Positions 17,001-24,276 of a stretch of 32,000 bases of DNA are shown here, piece after piece (positions within the stretch are counted from its first letter, which is position 1; every line of letters starts with the position of its first letter). Under the pieces are notes generated by a model. The model did no database searches, had not been told where the DNA came from, and saw only the letters and a list, made by a program, of their open reading frames with translations. The DNA is from Telmatocola sphagniphila (lineage in GTDB: Bacteria > Planctomycetota > Planctomycetia > Gemmatales > Gemmataceae), in assembly GCF_018398935.1 (NCBI RefSeq), contig NZ_CP074694.1, forward strand, positions 4,590,001 to 4,622,000, written 5' to 3'. Both the position numbers and the translations under genes were made by a program.

Positions 17001-17849
17001 AACGGCATTAGACATGATGAAGCAACTATGTCGACAGGACTAGTCGAATTGATCGATCTTAAAGATGAAAAAGGTGTTAAATGCGGTGAACTGGCATTGG
17101 CATTGGCGTTACAACTCATTTTTAGTAACCTTCCAAAAATGGAAATTGAGGGCGGCTCTTTTGTATGTCGCCCTGCAAATCCGAATGCGTTTACTGCGAG
17201 ACACTATTATTCGACTGCTGCTCGAAAAAACTATAACTCCGGCCGTTTAGTTCCACTAAAGCTGCCGGGATGGTTCTCTGTTCGTGGTGATTGGTTTTTA
17301 GGGCTCGCAAAAGGAAGTCGGTCACCTCGGCTTGGCTTAAGAGCTATGGACTTATTATGTAGTACCAGAGGCAATTTTGAACGACTCAGAGCAGGAATTG
17401 GATTACCAGTACGCGAGATCTTGAGTGATGATAGTGTAGGTTCTGTCCGAACTGCGCTCGTGGCTCCATGGAAAAGTGATTTGACTCCCAATATGGATAT
17501 TGGACATATCACACTGGAAGCGCTTTATGCCATCGCACCTGACAGCAATCCTTCAGAACCCAATAAACCACAGTTCAACTTTCTCTGGCGATCTTTGCTG
17601 CAACACTACGATCAGACATCCAGGCGATTTCACAGATGGTTAGGACGAATGTACCTTATGCATGACGCATGGAGAATTCATTTCAAAGCATTAGAAGACT
17701 CTTGTTGGAAGGATCTTGGATCTTTACAAGATGGAATAAGCAATGCTATCAAAGACATTGAAGAGCAGGAACGGAACAAAAAAACCGAGGATAAATTTTC
17801 CACTCAAATAGAATTACTACGCTCGATGTTAAAGCAAGGAATAGATTAA
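14070..17849 (+). CDS. Giant KaiC/RecA-like ATPase: two tandem KaiC-like domains plus a C-terminal solute-binding-protein-like region
   Basis: Domain 1 has RLRFGIYELDYLL, Walker A GPDGTGKS (nt 14307-14330), Walker B HLLLIDAVEGLEP and the KaiC-like tail RTIEVEKARGAQHIRGQHDFAI. Domain 2 has YGFGIKYLDSLL and a degenerate P-loop GPLTTHKS. The C-terminal half has segments resembling family-1 SBPs (VMQVDEFWSESIPSLADLTDYM and GDWFLGLAKGSRSPRLGLRAMDLLCS). The ATG at 14070 lies 4 nt after the upstream stop. Confidence 0.8.
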   Translation: MAINERKSSRLRFGIYELDYLLNKDNRCVFAESVTAMNSQEDLPPEPKEVHSTAPDTKPALGCLEIEAVNSGCMSLCILGPDGTGKSLLALHLANHYLVDAKTIGNCQPLALYFSTDLSQSQAETSWKAFALDNPQLRWEELPSFAKGSDGEKPTLNNIGFRGVKPFLEHDGSHNSLLSSLCVGNLPSDPIELFFLDSQAKPCGDDWLYLSRFISTLPLPSGDSWPHLLLIDAVEGLEPAFGRRDIFGHESAGRTRLAQLIRAAREKCHIVYVVEEPRPGETLDTQYVTDVVIRLTVEKTGNYSHRTIEVEKARGAQHIRGQHDFAIRSGVGSATGEQVNADDPKVPRLKNTHRENIAYMHVMRSLHSMSRQVLELPSGETPDINPRRDKVYGFGIKYLDSLLPRVESSQGDERTNGLIGGTASALIGPLTTHKSRLARAFLAQVLPDGLDDYLESLESGKQPSLKPTIKELGVLISTQRVDRSVLFRTAWQHRFGKPFAAKDTAQAVRHTTKLIEDNLCPFIVRRLEVHRYSSQGIVHVIKESIQSAQQQLLNLSDPSGNLYKVEVKEKHGTTKTREICRNIRFVFDDWHVFQDTFPEAAQDPMLLPHIFHFLSRQGITALFLDTEPGIPLMPDAHSDVTLRALASRHLYTWLVPFYGERRIAITTTPPAASGVPSPIFELRPRRVEQSTQFEDEQLIVDPHFEMYTGLESSDIKRVALKVILYNGAKKKSDEEPIEGEYITTIRQLMSDLFGNEDHSTLETVDSAGYDRMRDYVYLQDGTRLDHTLVMQVDEFWSESIPSLADLTDYMNDETDINEKELSDIEDPSRLRRGQRSRLEVFNVVTKKFKNDYNLYFNKEKKPLRIDKVPFLWDFGFLLANREQWLSIAKSQPNSSEIWSALSVFELNSGEYHKKLGSEKDRYISWYQFFGICELARSRGYIPFDIDLQTSEVLSCLVLEVWCSILLDLRIKLPDQILNGIRHDEATMSTGLVELIDLKDEKGVKCGELALALALQLIFSNLPKMEIEGGSFVCRPANPNAFTARHYYSTAARKNYNSGRLVPLKLPGWFSVRGDWFLGLAKGSRSPRLGLRAMDLLCSTRGNFERLRAGIGLPVREILSDDSVGSVRTALVAPWKSDLTPNMDIGHITLEALYAIAPDSNPSEPNKPQFNFLWRSLLQHYDQTSRRFHRWLGRMYLMHDAWRIHFKALEDSCWKDLGSLQDGISNAIKDIEEQERNKKTEDKFSTQIELLRSMLKQGID

Positions 17850-17852
17850 TCG

Positions 17853-18269
17853 CTAAAAGCTTCTGCCAGACATGATCTTCGTCTGGTTTTTTTCAGATAG
17901 CAGCTCTTTCGAGGCGGCGTCAAACGCTTCCTTCGATGCTTCTGAAAAATCCTTGAGATTGCTACAGTGCCTTCTATAGACGGCCTCCATGGATCCTTCG
18001 GTTGAAACTGTAATGTCCCATTCACGCGGCTTATGTCTCCAACGAGAACACCAACCCCTGACTAAAGGTTTAGTTTCGCCAAAGTCAAATACTAGTCCGT
18101 CATCTGCTGTCTTAAAATTTGGTTTTTGGTTGATTGATGGCTCTGCATTATAAAAAGCCGTGATCATAGCTCTGACGGCATCTAAATATTCGATCCCCGT
18201 CGCAGTCCCCTCCTGAACGGGACCACTATTTTCTCTGGTTGCATCAACTTCATTCATAACTTCCTCCAA
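17853..18269 (-). CDS. Hypothetical protein, convergent with the KaiC-like gene
   Basis: This is a 138-aa ORF with protein-like composition. Its stop lies 3 nt from the stop of the 14070-17849 gene. It shares the AT-rich composition of the island. Confidence 0.5.
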   Translation of the reverse strand: MEEVMNEVDATRENSGPVQEGTATGIEYLDAVRAMITAFYNAEPSINQKPNFKTADDGLVFDFGETKPLVRGWCSRWRHKPREWDITVSTEGSMEAVYRRHCSNLKDFSEASKEAFDAASKELLSEKNQTKIMSGRSF

Positions 18270-18509
18270 GTTTAGACTAGTATTTATCGCTAATACACCG
18301 CTAAGGGAATTTCTCCAAGCACTATTTCTAAAATCGGTTTTATTTCTGTTCCAATATGATTTTATCTGCAGTTTTGCTGCAATAATAGGCCATGTGATTG
18401 AAATATACCTAGAATGGACGTAGGTACGAAAATTGCCATAAGTAACTTAAATAACTGGATTTGCAGTGCGAACAAGTTGCGAAGCTAATGTGACTGAAAG
18501 TGGTCTTAA

Positions 18510-18566
18510 CTAGCCTCAGGAGCTAGTCCTCGCAAGGGGGTGCAGGTTCAACTCCTGTCCTCGGCA
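18510..18566 (+). tRNA. tRNA-Leu(CAG)-like 3' portion (anticodon arm, long variable arm, T-arm, 3' acceptor strand). It is probably a truncated or pseudo-tRNA acting as an integration scar.
   Basis: The anticodon stem-loop is CTAGC-CTCAGGA-GCTAG (U33, anticodon CAG, G37). The variable arm is CCTC-GCAA-GGGG. The T-arm is GCAGG-TTCAACT-CCTGT. The 3' acceptor is CCTCGGC plus discriminator A. The required 5' acceptor GCCGAGG and a foldable D-arm are not found upstream; only a loosely similar GCGAAGC...GAAAGTGGT occurs at 18479-18509. Confidence 0.55.
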
Positions 18567-18582
18567 TCTCAATTAACGAAAA

Positions 18583-18611
18583 GGCCTGCGGTTCCTACCG
18601 CGGGCCTTTTT
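18583..18611 (+). terminator. Rho-independent terminator downstream of the tRNA-like sequence
   Basis: GGCCTGCGG-ttccta-CCGCGGGCC is followed by TTTTT. Confidence 0.75.
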
Positions 18612-18824
18612 GCATTTCGGGAATCCCCAATTCCAATTCGTCCGGTGAAATAATAACAAACTTTAGAATTGAAAATATTTATCTGGACAGCCCAGCCTAG
18701 TTCCCCCTCCTATTTCCTCAAAACCGGCAAATTCAACCCATTCCCAGTCAATTTTTCGTTCTCTAAAGCCCGATTTACTTTGAAGTTTCGAATAATCGCT
18801 ATTTTCCGGTTAGGAGGGAGAGAA

Positions 18825-19706
18825 GTGAACTTTCCGGCTCTGTTACGAACGACTCATTTTTGGATGATAGGTTTCTCGCTGGCTCTTGCTACAGGCTGCA
18901 GTAGCACGGGCAATTCGGTGAACCCCTTCGCTCAGGATCACAAGATGATCGACTCGGCGAAAGAGCTCCGATATACCGGTGTGGCCCCCCTGCCCCGCGA
19001 ACTGAACAAACAGCCGCTCGAGGCTTACGTCGTTGAACCTGGGGATGGATTATTGATCCTTCCTGCCGAGATCGATTCGACGATTCGGGTGCCGAGCGAT
19101 CAGACCGTTTTGCCCGATGGCACCATCGATCTGGGTCGGTATGGCCGTCCGCAAGTCTCCGGGCGAACTCTGCCGGATATCGAGAAGATCGTGAATCAGA
19201 CGGTCAAGGCTCAGTCGAATGCTCCGGAACCGGGCAAATCGAACCTTTTGACGGTGCGATTGGTAAACCGGGTTAGCAAGGTTTACTACGTACTCGGAGA
19301 AGTGAACACGCCGGGCGCCTACCCGATTCAAGGTCGCGAAACGGTGCTGGACGGAATTCTGGCCGCGGGTGGGCTGAACAGCAAATCGTCGCGCAAAAAC
19401 ATCATTCTGGTACGGCCCAGCCTGCCGGAAGGTTGTCGAACGGTGCTGGCGGTCTGCTATCCGGAGATCGTACAGTTGGGAGACACTTCCACGAATTACC
19501 AGTTGCAGCCGGGCGATCGCATTTATGTCTCGAGTAAATGTTTCTTTGAAGGTGTTTTCCACAAGGAGCCTTGCGTGACCTGCACCGGTCCACAGCGTTC
19601 CTGCGATTTCGCTGGAGGAGCTTGTGGCGCACCGGCCGCCACTCAAACACAGATTGGTAGCGCGGCTGTCCCCCCAAACCCCATGCCGACGCAGTTACCT
19701 CGCTAA
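18825..19706 (+). CDS. Polysaccharide export outer-membrane lipoprotein (Wza/Poly_export + SLBB domain family)
   Basis: The GTG start at 18825 lies 7 nt after AGGAGG. The lipobox is LALATGC. The Poly_export-like segment is YVVEPGDGLLI. The SLBB-like segment is YYVLGEVNTPGAYPIQGRETVLDGILAAGGLN. Confidence 0.8.
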   Translation: MNFPALLRTTHFWMIGFSLALATGCSSTGNSVNPFAQDHKMIDSAKELRYTGVAPLPRELNKQPLEAYVVEPGDGLLILPAEIDSTIRVPSDQTVLPDGTIDLGRYGRPQVSGRTLPDIEKIVNQTVKAQSNAPEPGKSNLLTVRLVNRVSKVYYVLGEVNTPGAYPIQGRETVLDGILAAGGLNSKSSRKNIILVRPSLPEGCRTVLAVCYPEIVQLGDTSTNYQLQPGDRIYVSSKCFFEGVFHKEPCVTCTGPQRSCDFAGGACGAPAATQTQIGSAAVPPNPMPTQLPR

Positions 19707-19723
19707 GAAATGAATTTCGCATA

Positions 19724-19747
19724 CTTCCCTCGGACGACCGGGGGAAG
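19724..19747 (+). terminator. Probable intrinsic terminator after the export gene
   Basis: CTTCCCTCGG-acga-CCGGGGGAAG forms a 10-bp stem with one G-U pair, followed by ATTTCATTT. Confidence 0.5.
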
Positions 19748-19968
19748 ATTTCATTTCGCATAAAGAATCGGAAGACCTGAATTATTCAACTATTAATGAG
19801 CATACCATTTCGCAGATTTGAGTAATTTAAGACTTAAAGATCTTTATAGTTCCGGCAAAACACTTCCATTCTAATTCATAAAGCCCATCTATTCTCCCTG
19901 AATCGCTTGGCATATCAATTGCAATCGCTCGAATAGGACTTCTCGGTTAATTCGAATGGATTTCACTC

Positions 19969-21141
19969 ATGAGAGCGCTGTGCTGGTACGGAAAAGGCGA
20001 TGTACGAGTCGAAACGGTTCCTGATCCGAAAATTCAGGATCCGAGGGACGCCATTATCAAAATTACCACAAGCGGCATTTGCGGGTCGGATCTCCATTTG
20101 CTCGATGGCTACATCCCGACGATGGAAAAAGGGGATGTTCTGGGCCATGAGCCGATGGGTGAAGTTGTGGAAGTTGGCCGGGAAGTCCGCAATTTAAAGA
20201 AGGGGGACCGGGTAGTCGTTCCCTTCACCATCTCCTGCGGAAGCTGTTTTTTCTGCCGAAAATCGCTTTACTCCTGCTGCGATAATTCGAATCCGAACGC
20301 CAAGATTGCCAAGCAATTGATGGGACACTCCCCCGCCGGGCTATTTGGTTATTCGCATATGCTCGGCGGCTTTCCCGGCGGTCAGGCAGAATATCTTCGA
20401 GTGCCCTTCGCCGATGTGGGGCCATTGAAGATCGATTCGGATCTTCCCGACGACAAAGTGATTTTCCTCTCCGATATTTTCCCGACGGGTTATATGGCAG
20501 CGGAGAATGCTCAAATTGAAGCGGGTGATACCGTGGCCGTCTGGGGGTGTGGCCCGGTGGGGCAAATGACGATTAAGTCGGCCTGGATGTTCAAAGCGGC
20601 CCGGGTGATAGCCATCGATTGCGTGGAAGAGCGTTTGGAACTAGCGCGAAAAGAAGGCCGGGCGGAAACGATCAACTTCGAAAAGGAAGATGTCTACGAA
20701 CGCTTGCAGGCGCTGACGGCCGAGCGTGGTCCAGATCGTTGCATCGACGCCGTGGGATGTGAAGCCCATGCGGCAGGCACGCTGGGCAACGTCATGGATA
20801 AAGTAGCTTCGCAGGTGAAGGTGACGCCGGATAAATCCCACGTACTCAACCAGACCATTATCAGTTGTCGCAAGGGGGGCACGATATCGGTGCCGGGCGC
20901 GTATGGCGGCTTTCCGGATAATATCCCGTTCGGGGCATTTATGAATAAAGGGCTGACTATGAAAACCGGTCAGACCCACATGCAACGTTATATGAAACCG
21001 CTGTTGCAGAAAATTGAATCCGGTGAAATCGATCCCTCCTTCGTGATCACTCATCGCGTACCTTTAGAGGAGGCTCCCGAAGCTTATAGAAAGTTTCGCG
21101 ATAAAAAAGATGGGTGTATTAAAGTTGTGTTGAAGTTTTAA
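19969..21141 (+). CDS. Zinc-dependent alcohol dehydrogenase (MDR family, formaldehyde/threonine dehydrogenase-like)
   Basis: The catalytic zinc motifs are GICGSDLH and [13 protein letters not shown] structural-zinc Cys cluster is present ([15 protein letters not shown]). The Rossmann motif is VWGCGPVG. Confidence 0.9.
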   Translation: MRALCWYGKGDVRVETVPDPKIQDPRDAIIKITTSGICGSDLHLLDGYIPTMEKGDVLGHEPMGEVVEVGREVRNLKKGDRVVVPFTISCGSCFFCRKSLYSCCDNSNPNAKIAKQLMGHSPAGLFGYSHMLGGFPGGQAEYLRVPFADVGPLKIDSDLPDDKVIFLSDIFPTGYMAAENAQIEAGDTVAVWGCGPVGQMTIKSAWMFKAARVIAIDCVEERLELARKEGRAETINFEKEDVYERLQALTAERGPDRCIDAVGCEAHAAGTLGNVMDKVASQVKVTPDKSHVLNQTIISCRKGGTISVPGAYGGFPDNIPFGAFMNKGLTMKTGQTHMQRYMKPLLQKIESGEIDPSFVITHRVPLEEAPEAYRKFRDKKDGCIKVVLKF

Positions 21142-21245
21142 ATTCGAAGAATCTTGAAAGCTGCTAAAACTGAGCAGCGACATTTCCCTTTCAACTCTCA
21201 AGGCCGGGTTGATGCCCGGACTTCACTCTCAATAGGAGCTTTTGC

Positions 21246-21776
21246 ATGAAAACTTTTCGATTTCTTTCAGGTTTTATAGCTTTAATGTCCTTTGCCGTGA
21301 ATCTAACAGCGCAAACCGCTGTTCGAAATAGCGATGACAAGAAGCCTTTCAACGACGCCGAGTTCGTAAAGAAAGCCAGCAGTGGTGGCTTACATGAAGT
21401 CGAGTTGGGCAAGTTGGCCGAGACCTCGGCGAGCAATAAGGAAGTTATTAAGTTCGCGGATCGCATGGTGACCGATCACTCCAAGGCGGGGCAGGAGCTT
21501 AAGGATATTGCCAAAGCCGAAGGCTTCGCGGTTACGGAAAAGCAGCTCCCCGAACATCAGAAAGAATTCGATGCGTTGAAATCTTTAACGGGTGCGATGT
21601 TCGACAAGGAGTATGTGAAGCATATGGTTAAGGATCACGAAGAGGATGTGCATGAATTCACTCGCGCTTCCAAGGAAGCCAAGAATCCCAGGTTGCGAGC
21701 CTTCGCGGAAAAAACGCTCCCGGTGATCAAAGAGCATCTGGAAATCATTCGGAAGCTTGAAACGAAGTTCGAGTAA
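21246..21776 (+). CDS. Secreted DUF4142-like protein
   Basis: A signal peptide is present. Repeated segments of the form DAEFVKKASSGGLHEVELGKLA...FADRMVTDHSKA and DKEYVKHMVKDHEEDV are typical of DUF4142. Confidence 0.7.
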   Translation: MKTFRFLSGFIALMSFAVNLTAQTAVRNSDDKKPFNDAEFVKKASSGGLHEVELGKLAETSASNKEVIKFADRMVTDHSKAGQELKDIAKAEGFAVTEKQLPEHQKEFDALKSLTGAMFDKEYVKHMVKDHEEDVHEFTRASKEAKNPRLRAFAEKTLPVIKEHLEIIRKLETKFE

Positions 21777-21845
21777 ATTAATAACTATTTCTTAATAGCA
21801 AGCGGGGGGATTAATATACCTCGCTTTCTATATATTTTTCCCGCC

Positions 21846-23279
21846 TCATTGACTTCCCGCCAGGCGATAGGCCAGGCAGACAATCTTGGCGTTAAGATCG
21901 TTATTTAGATCATCTAATAATTCTTGCTCTGATCTCGTTTTACGATCCATCATCGATTCTAGAGCCTGAATACCCCGCTCGAAAATCAACCGCTCCTTCA
22001 GACAGACATGTACTAAAATTTGGCGAATCCTCCTGAAAGTCAATGAGCCGCGCAAATTGGGAAAAGAGATCTCCCCGAGAAGTCTTTTCAATTCCGCCTT
22101 TAGCCAGGGACTTTCAACATCGGTCTCGGAATCATCCGTTCGCCAAAGTTCGTTCATCAGAGCCGCATGCAGAAGCGAATTGATAACCGGCGCCACAACT
22201 GCAACCTTCTCCAGTCGGTTCAGCCATTTGATGGGCCGGATCTCCATTGAGTTTAGAAAGCCCAGATAGTCGGCCGTGCAGGTTATGGAGTCGTTCAACC
22301 AGTTCGCCGCCAGAATTTCAAACACGTAAGGTATTGGCGGCATCCGGGCCTGAAGGGATTTCCAACTCAGGCGAATCAGCTGCAAGGATTCACAACGATC
22401 CAGCTGGTAATTGCGGTCGCTGCGCATTGCGAAGGAATTCAGATAAACGAGGATTCGATCCAGTAACTGACTCGCCCGATTCTCATTCATCGGCAACCAG
22501 GCGACGTAATCGAACATCTGAAGGACGAGGCGGAAAGCCAGATCTTCGTCGACTTCTGTGTAATGCTGCTTCAGTGTCTCAAAGTCCTCGATGAATTGCA
22601 GTATATCCGAGGTTTCCCAGAGCGCGCGATAGCGGATTTGATACCAGTGCGATAAGTGGAGGCTCGTGCTGGGCAAGTTCTTCAGTTCCAAAAATTCCGG
22701 AGTGTTCACCAGCGTTGCGTCGACAAAAATTTCCCGGCGCAGCAGTTCAGTCAGAGGCTCCGCCCAACCGAACCGTTTGAGTCCCTCATAAAGCCAATTG
22801 GTCTCGGGACAGAGATTCTTAACCTCCGAAAACAGTTCGCACAACCAGTAAAGTTGCACGTAGTGAATGGGAGTGGCCTGAAGTTCCGTGACGAGACGAT
22901 TCAAACCCCGGTAGGCCTCCAGGAGTTGACCATCCACGGCCATCTGCCAGAAGTCGGTGAGCTGCGGAGCCGTATGACCTTCGGGACCGGTACTTGTAAT
23001 TGTGAAAGCTGGCTGAAAGCTGTTCGGTTCAAAATTTACAATCAGCGAACTCGTTGCCGTGAGGTCGTCTGCTTCCTGATCTTCGAAGCGCTGCAGAAAT
23101 TCGTAGTGCTCGCGAATTTTTCGAAACTGTTCCGGATGATGTTCGGGCCGAAAGCGACGAATCAGCTTGTTATAGCTCCGCTTCAGATCCTCGCGAGTGA
23201 ATCGATTCGAAAGACCGAAAAGTTCCCGCGGATTAGCAGGCCAATGTTTGAGATCTTCGGGCAGATCTTCCGGAGGCAT
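21846..23279 (-). CDS. J-domain-like protein (HPE instead of HPD) with a large uncharacterised C-terminal domain
   Basis: The N-terminus ELFGLSNRFTREDLKRSYNKLIRRFRPEHHPEQFRKIREHYEFL follows the J-domain helix II / HPD / helix III layout, with E at the D position. It is the last gene of the Hsp70 operon. Confidence 0.6.
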   Translation of the reverse strand: MPPEDLPEDLKHWPANPRELFGLSNRFTREDLKRSYNKLIRRFRPEHHPEQFRKIREHYEFLQRFEDQEADDLTATSSLIVNFEPNSFQPAFTITSTGPEGHTAPQLTDFWQMAVDGQLLEAYRGLNRLVTELQATPIHYVQLYWLCELFSEVKNLCPETNWLYEGLKRFGWAEPLTELLRREIFVDATLVNTPEFLELKNLPSTSLHLSHWYQIRYRALWETSDILQFIEDFETLKQHYTEVDEDLAFRLVLQMFDYVAWLPMNENRASQLLDRILVYLNSFAMRSDRNYQLDRCESLQLIRLSWKSLQARMPPIPYVFEILAANWLNDSITCTADYLGFLNSMEIRPIKWLNRLEKVAVVAPVINSLLHAALMNELWRTDDSETDVESPWLKAELKRLLGEISFPNLRGSLTFRRIRQILVHVCLKERLIFERGIQALESMMDRKTRSEQELLDDLNNDLNAKIVCLAYRLAGSQ

Positions 23280-23304
23280 GGGATCTTTTATCCTTCAGGT
23301 AGGA

Positions 23305-24276
23305 TTAAGGCTTCTTCGCTTTGATGTCGCGCAGATTCTTTAATAAGCTATCTTGCGCTTGCATCCGCTTTTCATAAGCCGCATCGGTTTCATTTGGTTT
23401 CTTGATCCAATAGGGTGTCGAATCCTTGGGCTGAATGATCGTAGGCTTCCATTGCGTGTTGGAGGGATCGGGCGATCGGCTGGTCGAACCGGAATTCAGT
23501 GCTAGACAGCCACGCATTAGGAAAAGCATCAACACAAAAATCATGAATGAACCAGATCGACCGCTTCCTCCGTCCGAGTTGGAGCTGCTACTCTGCTTCT
23601 GCTGACTCGGGTTCTGTCGGGCCTTCCCGAGAACTTTCTCCCGGTTTGGTATTTCAATTTCTTCCTTCAAAGCCGAGTCGTCGGGAGTGATAAATTGCTT
23701 TAAACCGGGTAGCGACTCGATCAACTCCGGATCGTCGTTCTTGATCGTTCCCAGCAGAATCCGGTTCTGATGAACATCCGCTTCAAACCACGCTCGGCTT
23801 TTCGCGGCAAATTCGGTGGGAGAATTCAGCAACCACTCGGACGAGAGCGTACGCAACTTCTCCCCTTCGGGGGTGGCCGGTTTAATGGCCGCTACCAGTT
23901 GGGCATTTCGAAAAGATTCCAGCTGCCGTTGGAAGAGGGGATATTTTTCAGTGACAACGTTCAACCGGTCGATTCTTTCTTGCCGTTCGAAAACGTTGAG
24001 AGTCCAGAACTTGCTTCGAAGATCGGCCAGCTGCATTTTGATATTGGCATACTCGCCGTCGGTCAGTTTCAGCGTTTGTACGGCCCGTCCCACGGACTGG
24101 CCGCGCAAAAGCATAATGAGGGCGGCCTGCCGGTTTTTGTCTGGGGTGAACGATTGCTCCTGGAGCATCTTCAATATCGCCTGATCGCGAGCCGCTTCCT
24201 CGGAATGCTCGTTCAGGCCGAGCATATCCAGAGCCCAGAATTCCGGAGGTCGATTGTCTGAAGGTTTAGGGTCCAT
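23305..24276 (-). CDS. Hypothetical single-TM protein encoded between the Hsp70 and the J-like protein
   Basis: The ATG at 24276 overlaps the Hsp70 stop by 11 nt (an alternative start lies at 24309). A Ser-rich linker precedes the hydrophobic segment FMIFVLMLFLMRGCLAL. Confidence 0.55.
   Translation of the reverse strand: MDPKPSDNRPPEFWALDMLGLNEHSEEAARDQAILKMLQEQSFTPDKNRQAALIMLLRGQSVGRAVQTLKLTDGEYANIKMQLADLRSKFWTLNVFERQERIDRLNVVTEKYPLFQRQLESFRNAQLVAAIKPATPEGEKLRTLSSEWLLNSPTEFAAKSRAWFEADVHQNRILLGTIKNDDPELIESLPGLKQFITPDDSALKEEIEIPNREKVLGKARQNPSQQKQSSSSNSDGGSGRSGSFMIFVLMLFLMRGCLALNSGSTSRSPDPSNTQWKPTIIQPKDSTPYWIKKPNETDAAYEKRMQAQDSLLKNLRDIKAKKP

Larger units (their letters stand above)
11560..18509. 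mobile_element. AT-rich genomic island, compositionally distinct from both flanks, carrying the two-ATPase module
   Basis: AT richness and A/T-ending codons are visibly higher than in 7100-11500 and 18800 onward (by eye, not computed). It is bounded on the right by a tRNA-Leu-like 3' fragment. No integrase lies inside it. Confidence 0.55.
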
